Positions 36,718 to 46,405 of a DNA stretch of 64,000 nt are shown here, piece by piece. Within the stretch, counting starts at the first letter, position 1, and each line of letters begins with the position of its first letter. The notes beneath the pieces are model-generated. The model was not told where the DNA came from and did no database searches. It saw nothing but the letters and a program-made list of their open reading frames with translations. A program made the translations under genes and the position numbers. This DNA comes from an uncultured virus (IMG/VR IMGVR_UViG_3300045006_000529) (Duplodnaviria; Heunggongvirae; Uroviricota; Caudoviricetes), in IMG/VR virus record IMGVR_UViG_3300045006_000529; one strand, 5' to 3'.

Positions 36718-37083
36718 ATGAAGGGCAACACCTTGTACGTGTATGTGTATGCTTACCACGACATCTCTGACAGGAAGAGGCTCTACTCGAAGAAGTACAC
36801 TGCCAGGGATTATGGGATCAGGTGGTTCCATGACTCCTATCCCACTACAGAAGGTTCATTCTGGGGGATCAAAAGGGCAGGCCTAAGACCCCTCTTTGAG
36901 ACCCGAAAGCTCGATGAACGCGCCAGAATATCTTACCTTGCCGGGCTGCTTGTGGACCTATTTGATGACGACGAAAGCTTCTGGACGGCTGTGGATGACA
37001 GCGAAGCCCTCCTCATATGTGACATGCCTTACGACATGGAAGGACTGAGGACAGCCCTCCGTGAGGAGTGCGGCCCAGATTGA
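36718..37083 (+). CDS. hypothetical protein, paralog of 40460-40867
   Basis: Shared NTL...VYAY.D, Y.A.DY.I.W, GS.W...RA.L and L.ICD..YD...L..AL. Confidence 0.7.
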   Translation: MKGNTLYVYVYAYHDISDRKRLYSKKYTARDYGIRWFHDSYPTTEGSFWGIKRAGLRPLFETRKLDERARISYLAGLLVDLFDDDESFWTAVDDSEALLICDMPYDMEGLRTALREECGPD

Positions 37084-37124
37084 AGATATCAGATGTAGAA
37101 CCCAGTCACCTGCGGGGATAAACT

Positions 37125-37415
37125 ATGTTTCCCAAGTACCAACTACCAGACGAATGCTTGCCGGTTTACTGTCCGTTCACCGGGAAGAGGATCAAGTGGA
37201 AGAGGAGTCGAGAGGGCTATGATACCAGGACCGGCCTGCCGATCATGTCCTCTCGCAAGTTCCATGCCAAGTCTCTCCTTTATACGTGGCGGATCAACCT
37301 GGATACAGGCGATCTGGTTGTTAGCCTCCTCTCCTCTGGCGCACCATCGGAGCGGTTCAAAAGGCATACAGATGGCCGGTGGATCCCTCTCTATCCTAGG
37401 AGCCTTGCAGACTAG
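37125..37415 (+). CDS. hypothetical protein
   Basis: 96-aa ORF filling the gap between neighbours. Confidence 0.45.
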   Translation: MFPKYQLPDECLPVYCPFTGKRIKWKRSREGYDTRTGLPIMSSRKFHAKSLLYTWRINLDTGDLVVSLLSSGAPSERFKRHTDGRWIPLYPRSLAD

Positions 37416-37433
37416 CTAGGAAAGGAAGACGAA

Positions 37434-39455
37434 ATGCAATTCTCCAAGTTCAAAGCCGCTGTACAGAGGCGTCTCGCTATGATGAAAGACCTACCTCTTT
37501 TCTGCGTGGCAGTTGACAAGGACGCTTTGTGGGCCCTCTATCTAGCTTCGTTCCCTGAAGGGTCCAACCCTATGTTCCGCCAGAGGACCGAACATGACTG
37601 CAGTTGCTGCCGCCAGTTTATTAAGACCACTGGGAGCATGGTCGCTGTCTCGGACGGAAAGATTATCAGCCTGTTCGATGTCGAGGTGGAAGGACCCTAT
37701 CAAGTAGTGGCAGATGCTATGGCGGATTTTGTTAAAAAGCATCCAATAAGCAACATCTTTCTGCACTATGCGAGTGGGATAGGGACAACAAAGAACTTTG
37801 AGGAAACCGAAGGAAATGTGAGAACCTGGGAGCATTTTCACATCCAGCTCCCAAGTAGTGCTGTTGTTCCTAAGATTGGTATCGGACCCCGGTTATCAGA
37901 GGCCAAAGCGTCCCATGACGTGCTCCTGCGCTCCCTTACGGAGATTACCCCTGAGGCTGTGGATACTGTGTTGGAGATAATCGAGCAAGGGAGTCTCTAT
38001 AGGGGGGAGGAAAAGAAGGCAGTTGTTACCTCCTTTCGCGATTTGCAGAGGCGCTTTGTCCGACTGAAGACCGAGCAGGATAGAGACATCTTCGCTTGGG
38101 TACACAGTCAGGATTCCTCCGCATTCGTCGCCCGGATCAGAAACGACGTTATCGGCACCCTGCTCACAGACATCTCAGAGGGTCTGGAGCTGGAGTCCGC
38201 CGTCAAGAGGTTCGAGGACAAGGTCGCACCTACAAACTATAAGCGAACGAGTGCCCTAATTACGCCTCGGATGAAGGAGCAGGCGAAGGAAAAGCTGAAG
38301 GAGCTGGGTCTCATCCCCGCCCTGGAGCGACGGTACGCAACACTTAGGGATATTAGTGTTGAGAACCTGCTCTTCGCCGACCGTAATGCGAGACGCACAG
38401 TTTCGGAAGATGTGTTTGATAACCTGCCCACCAAGGGGGCTGATGCACGCCTCCTGGATAAGGTGGAGGAGATCGGGGTTGATGCATTCCTAACCCAAGT
38501 CCTCCCCAAGGCGAAGACGGTCGAAGTTCTGTTCGAGAACCGGCAGACGAGCAACCTTGTGACCCTGGTGACAGCCGTAGATGCTTCGGCTCCCCTGCTG
38601 TTTAAGTGGAACAACCAATTCTCCTGGTCTTATAACGGAGATGTGGCAGATTCTCTGGCCCGTGGCCGTGTGAAACAGGCCGGGGGAAACGTAGACGGAG
38701 ATGTGTGTTGCCGCTTAGCCTGGTACAACACAGACGACCAAGACCTTCACATGCGTGAACCTGGTGGATCCCATATTTCTTACGTCATGTACCGTCGCAC
38801 AGAGTCTCCCTGCGGTGGCATGTTGGACGTAGATGCCAATGGCTGTGATGGTATAAGACCCGATCCGGTAGAAAATATCGTTTACGCAGACCGGAACAGG
38901 ATGAAGGTGGGCACGTATACACTCAGCGTCCACCAATATAGCAAGAGGCAGGGCAAGGACGAAGGGTTTGAGGCCGAGATTGACGTAATGGGGACTGTTT
39001 ACCACTTCACCTATAGCCAGCCTTTACGCCATGGTGAGACAAAGGAAATAGCCCGCATCATTGTTGCCCGGGACAGGACCATTACAGTCGAGCCAGTACT
39101 TTCTTCGTCTCAGTCAGTCAAGGAGGTCTGGGGCCTCAAGACGCAGACATTCCATGCGGTCCAGGCTATCATGCTTTCTCCCAACTTCTGGTCGGGTCAA
39201 GGCACCGGCAATAGGCACTTCTTCTTCATGATTGACGGCTGTAAGAACCCAGGGTCGGCTCGTGGGTTCTACAACGAGTTCTTGAGAAGCGAACTGGAGC
39301 CACACCGTAAGACGATGGAGATCGTCGGTAGCAAAATGAGAACTGAGAACGAGGGAGAGCAGCTTAGCGGTCTTGGCTTCTCTTCCACACAGCGGAACTA
39401 CGTACTATGTCGGGTAAAGGGAGCTTTTACTCGCACTGTTAAGGTAATGTTCTAG
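37434..39455 (+). CDS. large conserved-looking phage protein of unknown function
   Basis: 673 aa; HDCSCCRQFI, SLYRGEE, KVAP.NYKR, FKW.N.FSW.YNG, D.DLH..EP.G..I, GG.LDVD.N and LSGLGFSST. Confidence 0.75.
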   Translation: MQFSKFKAAVQRRLAMMKDLPLFCVAVDKDALWALYLASFPEGSNPMFRQRTEHDCSCCRQFIKTTGSMVAVSDGKIISLFDVEVEGPYQVVADAMADFVKKHPISNIFLHYASGIGTTKNFEETEGNVRTWEHFHIQLPSSAVVPKIGIGPRLSEAKASHDVLLRSLTEITPEAVDTVLEIIEQGSLYRGEEKKAVVTSFRDLQRRFVRLKTEQDRDIFAWVHSQDSSAFVARIRNDVIGTLLTDISEGLELESAVKRFEDKVAPTNYKRTSALITPRMKEQAKEKLKELGLIPALERRYATLRDISVENLLFADRNARRTVSEDVFDNLPTKGADARLLDKVEEIGVDAFLTQVLPKAKTVEVLFENRQTSNLVTLVTAVDASAPLLFKWNNQFSWSYNGDVADSLARGRVKQAGGNVDGDVCCRLAWYNTDDQDLHMREPGGSHISYVMYRRTESPCGGMLDVDANGCDGIRPDPVENIVYADRNRMKVGTYTLSVHQYSKRQGKDEGFEAEIDVMGTVYHFTYSQPLRHGETKEIARIIVARDRTITVEPVLSSSQSVKEVWGLKTQTFHAVQAIMLSPNFWSGQGTGNRHFFFMIDGCKNPGSARGFYNEFLRSELEPHRKTMEIVGSKMRTENEGEQLSGLGFSSTQRNYVLCRVKGAFTRTVKVMF

Positions 39456-39477
39456 AAATCTAGCAAAGGAGAGAACA

Positions 39478-39876
39478 GTGGACAAGTTTGAAGAGGCGGC
39501 ACGGAAAAAGCTTCGGTTTCGGACTAAGATAGGGGATTTGATGGTCGAAGACCTATTTGATCTCCCTCTCACGTCCACAACAGGGAAGCCTAACCTGGAC
39601 GCAATTGCGATTGCTCTGAATGAGGACCTGCAGAAAGCTGGTGTGAAGTCCTTCGTTTCCGACAAGACACTGGCGGACGAGACCCTACAGTTAGCATTTG
39701 ACATCGTTCGACATGTCATTGAGGTCAAGAAGACCGAGAATGCTGCAGCCCTTCAGAAGAAAGTTGTTGCCGAGAAGAAGCGGCGTATCTTGGAACTGTT
39801 GGCGAAAAAAGAGGACGAAGCTCTAGCGTCGAAGTCGGAAGACGAGCTGAAGACCCTGTTGTCCGAACTGGACTAG
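39478..39876 (+). CDS. coiled-coil partner of the upstream protein
   Basis: FE.A.R.KLRF.T..G.L.VEDLFDLPL motif; AAGGAG RBS. Confidence 0.75.
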   Translation: MDKFEEAARKKLRFRTKIGDLMVEDLFDLPLTSTTGKPNLDAIAIALNEDLQKAGVKSFVSDKTLADETLQLAFDIVRHVIEVKKTENAAALQKKVVAEKKRRILELLAKKEDEALASKSEDELKTLLSELD

Positions 39877-39892
39877 GGAGCCTGTACAGAGT

Positions 39893-39940
39893 ATGCCCTG
39901 CTGGGTTGCTAACTGCGTTCCCAGCGGGGCATCTCTTTTC
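39893..39940 (+). terminator. intrinsic terminator-like hairpin
   Basis: 13-bp stem ATGCCCTGCTGGG/CCCAGCGGGGCAT (one G-U pair), 14-nt loop, followed by CTCTTTTC. Confidence 0.6.
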
Positions 39941-39955
39941 TCTTAGAGGGGCCGC

Positions 39956-40312
39956 ATGGCGAATATTTCTTCTCTCACAGTTGGCCTAGCTGCAGGCCTC
40001 GTGCTGATGGCGGCTGCAGGGCTCGTCCTCTTCACTACGCCTCCCTCCTGGCACATCGTGGGAACTGGGTATGTCATTGAGATACAGCCCCTTGGTTTAG
40101 GTACCTATGCGATTGTATTTAGCGACGGTCGCCAGGTTATATGTGAGGGCCTACCTGATAGCCGCGATGGCTTGGTGGATCCAAGCCAGACTGTTGCTGT
40201 AAAGCGACGCATACTTCCTATGATAGGCATGTCAGAGGAAGGGTGCCACATAGAGGCACTTTCTCCTGGCGATACCCTCGGGGGCAATCATGTTGAGAAG
40301 ACTGGCCAGTAG
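39956..40312 (+). CDS. membrane-anchored hypothetical protein
   Basis: Hydrophobic N-terminal segment LTVGLAAGLVLMAAAGLVLF. Confidence 0.55.
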   Translation: MANISSLTVGLAAGLVLMAAAGLVLFTTPPSWHIVGTGYVIEIQPLGLGTYAIVFSDGRQVICEGLPDSRDGLVDPSQTVAVKRRILPMIGMSEEGCHIEALSPGDTLGGNHVEKTGQ

Positions 40313-40463
40313 GATCCTGGATTTACTGTTCACTAGGTGCTCAATATGTGGGAAAAGGATGCCTCGTTGGAAGCACTATAACATAGTCTGCTCGGATAAG
40401 TGCGGAAGGCTTTATGCCGAGGCCATGAGCAGGGGCTGCAGAGAAGAAGGAGGATACCAGTGA
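40290..40463 (+). CDS. 57-aa zinc-finger protein not in the ORF track
   Basis: MLRRLASRILDLLFTRCSICGKRMP...VCSDKC; GTGA overlap with the next gene. Confidence 0.5.
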   Translation: MLRRLASRILDLLFTRCSICGKRMPRWKHYNIVCSDKCGRLYAEAMSRGCREEGGYQ

Positions 40464-40867
40464 GTAACACTTTGATGTTTGAGGTTTATGCATACACTGA
40501 TTGCCTCAGTGAGAGGAGCATTATACATAAACCCAAAAGGGGATACGCAGCTACTGATTATGCCATAGGCTGGCGCACTGAGGGCAGGTATGGATCTCTC
40601 TGGAGCGTAGACAGGGCAGATCTGCTGAGGTTTTCCAGGGCCCCAGTTACCAGCGCTGAAGAGGAGAAGCATAAGGTAGTGCTCTTTGCATACCTCCTCT
40701 ACAACGGCGACTACCTCGACGACGACCTGTATAGCGCAATAGGTGAGGCTGACTGTCTTATAATATGCGACAGGATATATGATATAGACATGCTCAAGGC
40801 AGCCCTGTCTGATGATGACCAACTGGCTAAGGGTCCTCCTCGCCCTCCCAGGAAGAAGGCTAGATAG
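40460..40867 (+). CDS. hypothetical protein, paralog of 36718-37083
   Basis: GTG 40460 behind AAGGAGG; motifs shared with 36718-37083. Confidence 0.7.
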   Translation: MSNTLMFEVYAYTDCLSERSIIHKPKRGYAATDYAIGWRTEGRYGSLWSVDRADLLRFSRAPVTSAEEEKHKVVLFAYLLYNGDYLDDDLYSAIGEADCLIICDRIYDIDMLKAALSDDDQLAKGPPRPPRKKAR

Positions 40868-41038
40868 GCACCATACTACATATGGAGAGGATATATAGAA
40901 AATGTTCTACCTGTGGGGGGCAGGCATCCTTTATTAAGTCCGATGCCCCCGAGGAATATTTGTTAACTCTCCTATTGCGCTCCAACGGGTGGAGTGTTAC
41001 TATAAAAGGAACAGAAAAGATTCTATCTTGCCGCAGGT

Positions 41039-41770
41039 GTGCAATTGAGCAAAGAAAACGATCTCCTCAAGCTGACGGCTGACCTGATTCCCGACCTGCT
41101 TGACTGCCCCCTTAAGGTCTTCCAGAAGGGCTTCGACACCTCCAGTGAGAGGCGCCTGATGGACTTTTTTCTGCCCCCCGAGTTAGCGGTTGCAGATAGT
41201 CTTTGTAAAGACATCTTGATTAAGGGCAAGGCGGTCGCGCTTCAGCGACTACCCGCTCTTACGCATCTAGCTTCCACATCTCAGTCCTTATCCTTATCCC
41301 TATCTCCGAGGGATATCAAGGACGACCCAGCCTACCAGGTATGGAAGACTATCCTTGACTTCGTGGACACACCCTACCTTAGGGGAATAATAAACGTCCA
41401 GTCTACGGCGGGAAACCTCCTTTCGTTCAGCCCTCTTGTAGGAACGAAAGATGGGTACTTGAGGATAATCTTCTTCTGGGGCGGAGATAAGGATTCTGGC
41501 GTGCTCCCGGCTTACATAACCACATTCCAGGTTCATCAGCAGACAGGTCTTCCTCCTGACAAGGTGCTGCTGGTTACGCCAGAACGGGGCGTTCCACTTC
41601 CCGCAGTTACAGAGATCCCGGTTAACAAGAGAGCCATCAGACGAGCCGAACAGGCTCTCATCCTAATATGTAGGCTTTGGCACAATCGCCACGAGTGGCT
41701 TCCCAATACTAGATCCTGCTTCAGATGCAACTACGCTAAAGGGGAGAACGCATCTCCCTGTATCTACTGA
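41039..41770 (+). CDS. possible degenerate PD-(D/E)XK-fold protein
   Basis: C-terminal P...SCFRCNY...C resembles Cas4/AddB-like tails; no clear D-ExK. Confidence 0.35.
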   Translation: MQLSKENDLLKLTADLIPDLLDCPLKVFQKGFDTSSERRLMDFFLPPELAVADSLCKDILIKGKAVALQRLPALTHLASTSQSLSLSLSPRDIKDDPAYQVWKTILDFVDTPYLRGIINVQSTAGNLLSFSPLVGTKDGYLRIIFFWGGDKDSGVLPAYITTFQVHQQTGLPPDKVLLVTPERGVPLPAVTEIPVNKRAIRRAEQALILICRLWHNRHEWLPNTRSCFRCNYAKGENASPCIY

Positions 41771-41779
41771 GGTTTATCT

Positions 41780-42292
41780 ATGCCAATCCCGAAGTTCATC
41801 CAGATGACAGGCTTCACACAGTACCCGATGGATCCTACTCTTGCCTACTTTGCTGGGACAGACAGAAAAACTGGGAGAGCAGTCCGCTTTAGAGCCTTCC
41901 ACTTGGCTTCTATTAGAGCACATGCCAGAGGGTGCTGGCGCACCTACGTAGTATTCCGTAATGAAGACCCTCTCCATGCCCAGGTCTACCTTGAGGAGTT
42001 GCAGCAGGAGCGGCTTCCCTCAGGTAAGAGATATTACTTCGCCAGAATTGAGGATGAGGTCGAGGCAAGAGCGTTGATAGACTTCGTCAGGTCGTTCGTG
42101 ATTGCCAATTTCACCACACCTCAGGTTCGTAATCTCCTGGAAAAGGATATTCTGGATTATCTAGGTCTCGATAAGGAGATGCTTGAAAGGACGCTTCTTC
42201 ACACCCCCGAGGCCATTACTCTAAATACAGATGTAGCTCCCCCGGGGACAACGACTGAGGAAGAGGCCGAGAGGCTCAAGAAGAAGTCCTAG
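41780..42292 (+). CDS. hypothetical protein
   Basis: 170-aa ORF with GAGG RBS. Confidence 0.6.
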   Translation: MPIPKFIQMTGFTQYPMDPTLAYFAGTDRKTGRAVRFRAFHLASIRAHARGCWRTYVVFRNEDPLHAQVYLEELQQERLPSGKRYYFARIEDEVEARALIDFVRSFVIANFTTPQVRNLLEKDILDYLGLDKEMLERTLLHTPEAITLNTDVAPPGTTTEEEAERLKKKS

Positions 42293-42304
42293 CACGGTGC
42301 ACAT

Positions 42305-42796
42305 ATGTCATCTCTGCCACAGGAACAGCTACTCGATGCTATTAAGGGAGTAGTCGGGTCTCTGTACTACGTTGAAGAGGAGTATTCTCTTGGCAACGGG
42401 CAGAGGTTAGACATATTTGTCCATGACCTCAGGCTGGGTTTCGAATACCATGGTCCGCAGCACTTTACCTTCGTTCCTCACTTTCACCGCACCTGGGAAG
42501 GTTTTCTCTCCTATCAAGAGAGGGATAGAAAGAAGGCCGTTCGTTGTAGGGAGCTGGGTATAAAGCTATTTATCTCCTCCTATCTAAAGAGCATCTCTGA
42601 GGAGAGGATCAGAGAGATAGTTAATGCTTCCGAACCTGCCCCCCCAGAGGGAGAGTTGGTGGACAAACGCCAGCGCCTCGAAAATGCCAGAATGTTGAGA
42701 CGCAAGGCGTATTTGAAACAAAAAGCACGTAAACAGCAGAGAGAGGCTCTGCTTCGGAAGGAGACGCATCAAGATGCCCAAGAAGAAAGAGACTGA
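42305..42796 (+). CDS. Vsr/DUF559-like restriction-fold endonuclease
   Basis: RLDIFV..L.LGFEYHG.QH...RD..K...C...GI.L. Confidence 0.75.
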   Translation: MSSLPQEQLLDAIKGVVGSLYYVEEEYSLGNGQRLDIFVHDLRLGFEYHGPQHFTFVPHFHRTWEGFLSYQERDRKKAVRCRELGIKLFISSYLKSISEERIREIVNASEPAPPEGELVDKRQRLENARMLRRKAYLKQKARKQQREALLRKETHQDAQEERD

Positions 42797-43226
42797 CGTA
42801 GTATCTACCCCGGACGCCCCAATTGTCCCCCTTCCTCCGGCTGAGGAGACATTGGAACAGCCTGGTCCAGCACTCCACGCTGTAGAGACAGATACACAAG
42901 TATCACCCGTTCGGGGTCTTCAAAGTCCTAAGGTGCGACACCTCATTCAGGAGCATACCAAAAGGCAACTCAACAAAGACAGGATAGCGGTGGCTTGCCC
43001 AGAATGCGGAGGCTTGGTATGGACTACCGGAAGGCTCTATGACCTGAGAGAGTCGTCACAGGCACCTTATGTAATCGGCACCCAGGCCTGGGTCGTTACA
43101 GCGAAGGGAGACCCTCTGTACATCTGCAGTGGTTGTGGGTTCCAGGTCACAGGCGCGGAGATTCTAAAAGCCGCCCCTTCTGGGAAGGACAGCCCTCCCA
43201 AGCGCGGCTCCCAGGGGCCTAAGTAG
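42774..43226 (+). CDS. zinc-ribbon protein
   Basis: CPECGG and CSGCG. Confidence 0.55.
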   Translation: MPKKKETDVVSTPDAPIVPLPPAEETLEQPGPALHAVETDTQVSPVRGLQSPKVRHLIQEHTKRQLNKDRIAVACPECGGLVWTTGRLYDLRESSQAPYVIGTQAWVVTAKGDPLYICSGCGFQVTGAEILKAAPSGKDSPPKRGSQGPK

Positions 43227-43753
43227 TGGATAATCAAGGGAATAACACAAACATGGCCGACATGGTTGGTGCCATGTCGGCGGTCCTCAAGGAACTCCCG
43301 ATTGGAGCTGGATGGTGGGCCTTGCTGCAGGCAGCCCTCCTTGGCCAGAAAGCCGTTAACGCCGTGGCGAAGGAAAATCTCCGGAGGGTAGAAGAGTCTA
43401 TGAAGACCCTTCCCCCCCCTCTGAATTCGATTACTTTACCCACCCAGCACTTTGCAGTATCAAAAGGTACACGGGGCACCTTTCTTCAGGTGAGTATCCC
43501 CGTAGAGAAAACGCTAGAAGTTGTAAAAGAACTCAGCAAGTTTTTGGAGAGTCATGTATCCACCCAGAAGCCTGAATGCGGCCGGGAAGAGGGGGCCCCT
43601 CAGGAACAGGAACTCGAAGTTGGGGCCGGAGGTGTTGACATGGAGCCTGCCACCCGGGAAAACCTGCCGGACGAGTCCCTGGTGTCGGTCCCATTGTTAC
43701 ACGAGGAGGGGTCGGCTGGCGCTACCCGCAGTGATGAGGTCGTTTCAGGGTAA
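43226..43753 (+). CDS. hypothetical protein with acidic tail overlapping the next gene by 200 nt
   Basis: ORF track; TAGTG overlap at its start. Confidence 0.5.
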   Translation: MDNQGNNTNMADMVGAMSAVLKELPIGAGWWALLQAALLGQKAVNAVAKENLRRVEESMKTLPPPLNSITLPTQHFAVSKGTRGTFLQVSIPVEKTLEVVKELSKFLESHVSTQKPECGREEGAPQEQELEVGAGGVDMEPATRENLPDESLVSVPLLHEEGSAGATRSDEVVSG

Positions 43754-44165
43754 CCTGAATGAGAGTCAGACCATACCATTCGCTGACCGGGTGGTGAACC
43801 AGATTCACGAGTGTGGGGCTAAGCTGGTTCGTATCCATGTATCGGGCGACTTTTATAGCAAGTCCTATGTCAGAACATGGGAACGCATCGCCCGGCTGTG
43901 CCCTGATACGAGGTTTCTAGCCTATACTAGAAGAAGAGATCTCTCTCCCTTGTTAGAGGAACTAAACAGCCTACCAAACGTCAAGATCTTTCAGTCCATC
44001 GACCCAAGCAGCCCTGACGTTTGGTCGAAAGACCTATCTGTTTCCCTCATAGAGGGAACCCCGTACAGCGGGCAGGCCTATGTTTGTCCCACGGGGTGCC
44101 CTGAGTGTGGCTATAAGTGTTGGGACAAACAGGAGAATATTGCTGTCTCTTTCAAACCCCATTGA
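43554..44165 (+). CDS. GP88-family (radical-SAM-like) phage protein
   Basis: NSKLG...SLP.G.TC....C...CY, VRIHVSGDFYS, AYTR, SID and CP..C..C..C; GGAG RBS. Confidence 0.75.
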   Translation: MYPPRSLNAAGKRGPLRNRNSKLGPEVLTWSLPPGKTCRTSPWCRSHCYTRRGRLALPAVMRSFQGNLNESQTIPFADRVVNQIHECGAKLVRIHVSGDFYSKSYVRTWERIARLCPDTRFLAYTRRRDLSPLLEELNSLPNVKIFQSIDPSSPDVWSKDLSVSLIEGTPYSGQAYVCPTGCPECGYKCWDKQENIAVSFKPH

Positions 44166-44778
44166 GAAGGTCGAAAGCGTCTCTCAGGGTTTCTATGTTT
44201 GCAGAGATATAGTAGAGGATTACATAGACTGTGTACTCCTCAGGCTCACACCAGAGGATCTTACTAACCGCCTATCCTATAGGTCCTTGCGCAAGAGGTT
44301 ATTCTTTGGAGGAAGCAGATATGTGGGGCAAACTAGGCAAAATATTCTTATCTTCGTTTTCCGAAGCCTTGGTCTTAGCCGCCGGGAAAAGATTAGCCTA
44401 CTTTGTCTTACGATTGCCGAAATTATTGTCAGGGAAATTAGCCAAGGTAAGGGGGCGTGTACTGCCAGCAAGCTCCGAAGGCGAGTCCTCCGCCGAACCC
44501 CAGGACAGTTCAGGAACGCTATCAAGCGAGAATACACACAAACCTCCAGATTAGCCTCTCTATGCTTGGACAGAGAGGAGGAGCACTCAGAGCCAGACGC
44601 TTCTTTCTTGGTATCCTCCCTCCACGAAAGTCTGGACAAAAGAGACCTAGCCCTCTTGCGCACGCAGATGATAGGTGTCAAACTAGAAGAGTTGGACCGT
44701 TTACTCGCAACTAACAAGAGGGACATAAAGGAATGGCGCTCACGCTTTCACAAGTTGAAGCAAAGCTTCTCTCCCTAG
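44080..44778 (+). CDS. hypothetical protein, possible sigma-factor-like C-terminal HTH
   Basis: L...D..LL......G..LEEL..LL pattern; weak; start uncertain. Confidence 0.3.
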   Translation: MFVPRGALSVAISVGTNRRILLSLSNPIEKVESVSQGFYVCRDIVEDYIDCVLLRLTPEDLTNRLSYRSLRKRLFFGGSRYVGQTRQNILIFVFRSLGLSRREKISLLCLTIAEIIVREISQGKGACTASKLRRRVLRRTPGQFRNAIKREYTQTSRLASLCLDREEEHSEPDASFLVSSLHESLDKRDLALLRTQMIGVKLEELDRLLATNKRDIKEWRSRFHKLKQSFSP

Positions 44779-44948
44779 AGGTCTTAGTAAGAGACGTTCT
44801 CACTAAGCTCGACGGATGCGTTGGAATTACCCAGTACAATAACTCAATGACTATCATCCAGACACGCCTCCAGGAGGCTGAGGATGACATAGAGTCTCTA
44901 CAGGGGAGCGTAGCTACCCTCCAAGCGACACTAGCGGAAGAAGACTAG
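44733..44948 (+). CDS. short coiled-coil protein
   Basis: Heptad-like Leu spacing; AAGGA RBS. Confidence 0.55.
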   Translation: MALTLSQVEAKLLSLEVLVRDVLTKLDGCVGITQYNNSMTIIQTRLQEAEDDIESLQGSVATLQATLAEED

Positions 44949-44949
44949 T

Positions 44950-45930
44950 ATGATGCTAGATCTTGAGGGTCGCCTGAAGGCGTTGGAATCTCTCCAGTTG
45001 CTTCCCCTAATTGACGAGTCTATCAGCCGCCCCCGGTGGGAGGGCACCCGAAGGCGGAGTTTAATGCCCTCTTCGGCCAGCACAATCGTGAAAGGCCGTC
45101 ACTTGGACTACTGTGTAGGAGATTGCCTAAGAGCCTCCTACTATTACCTGACGAATACCCTTATCACCAATCCGCAGGACGGGTCGATCCTGCCTCAAGA
45201 GCTTGGCAGGATGGTGGAGCTTTTTCTAGTAAATGCGCTCAGGGAAGCTAATGTACTAGAATCCCCTACTACATTTGGGTCCCAGCCTGCGGTGTGGGAT
45301 AAAGATCTTGCACTCTCTGGGTTTATGGATGCTGCCGTCCGAACGACGTTGGACGGGGCCCAGTATCCTCTCATTGTGGAGGTGAAGTCGTTTCAGGGAT
45401 ACAAGAACCACAAGCTCATCATGGGAGGGAGTCAGGGAAGAGGCAGCCACCGCCGACACGTACCCCCTTCTCCCAGGCCGTGGGAGCTGCTTCAGGTGGC
45501 CGTCTACCTTCATTACTTCCTCGACGAGGTTCCGGGGGCGAAGATGATCTACTTCGCCCGGGATACGATGGACAAGGTAGAAATCGATGTTTGCCTTGAT
45601 TCGGAAGGAAGAATCTATGTAGACGGACGTCTTCAGGAGTGGGTTACTACCAACGATGTAATGTCAAGGTACAGGCTTTTGCAGGAGTCAGTCAGAGATT
45701 CGAAGATTCCTCCAAGAGACTACTCGCTGAAATACACTCAGGGCCTGGTTCAAAGTCTCTATGACGAGACTACTACTGCTCCAGATGACGATCCGGCCAG
45801 GTATCTTATCACCAAGTCGGAATTTGACCAGGCTACCCAAGACCTAATGCAGAAGGGCCGGACATCAGTAGGGGACTATCACTGCAAGTACTGCAAGTGG
45901 CAAAGGCAGTGCTACAAGGTAGATATCTGA
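44950..45930 (+). CDS. Cas4-like PD-(D/E)XK exonuclease
   Basis: CLRASYY, SGFMD, VEVKS, Q.A.Y and C-terminal CKYCKWQRQC. Confidence 0.8.
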   Translation: MMLDLEGRLKALESLQLLPLIDESISRPRWEGTRRRSLMPSSASTIVKGRHLDYCVGDCLRASYYYLTNTLITNPQDGSILPQELGRMVELFLVNALREANVLESPTTFGSQPAVWDKDLALSGFMDAAVRTTLDGAQYPLIVEVKSFQGYKNHKLIMGGSQGRGSHRRHVPPSPRPWELLQVAVYLHYFLDEVPGAKMIYFARDTMDKVEIDVCLDSEGRIYVDGRLQEWVTTNDVMSRYRLLQESVRDSKIPPRDYSLKYTQGLVQSLYDETTTAPDDDPARYLITKSEFDQATQDLMQKGRTSVGDYHCKYCKWQRQCYKVDI

Positions 45931-45931
45931 G

Positions 45932-46405
45932 ATGCTGCACAGAGACATCGAAGACATCACCAAGATGATCCAAGAAGCCGGTGCTGAGAGCGAGAGGATT
46001 TTGTCATCCGTCTCTGCCCAGACACCCGAACTTGGCCAGGCGTTGAAGGCACAGCGTGCCTATAACAAAATGATTGAACGCCTTACAGCTGAAGCCCCTG
46101 AGAGGCATGAGGAGAGCATGAAAGCTATCGAGCTTTGGAGAGATGTTCTGAGTCAGATATCCATATCCGCCGAGGTTGAGGAACAGGAGATCAACGGGCG
46201 TCCCGAGAAGCTCCTGAAGGTCCGCTTAGGGCGGGCAGGATTCGGACTAGATACCACCGGCACGACGTTCTCTATTGACGAGTCAATGGCGAATCACCTT
46301 GCTCATCTGATCGGGCAACTCGTAGCTTCGTATCTAGTTGATAAGATCTCTTCACTCCGACAGAAGGCAAAGTCCAAGGGCGAAGAGGGTGTCCCTGCTT
46401 CTTAG
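45932..46405 (+). CDS. hypothetical protein
   Basis: 157-aa ORF. Confidence 0.55.
   Translation: MLHRDIEDITKMIQEAGAESERILSSVSAQTPELGQALKAQRAYNKMIERLTAEAPERHEESMKAIELWRDVLSQISISAEVEEQEINGRPEKLLKVRLGRAGFGLDTTGTTFSIDESMANHLAHLIGQLVASYLVDKISSLRQKAKSKGEEGVPAS

Noticed and set aside
44950..45930. CRISPR-Cas locus suggested by the Cas4-like nuclease
   Set aside because: No cas1/cas2, effector genes or repeat-spacer array seen; solo Cas4-like nucleases are common in phage recombination modules.
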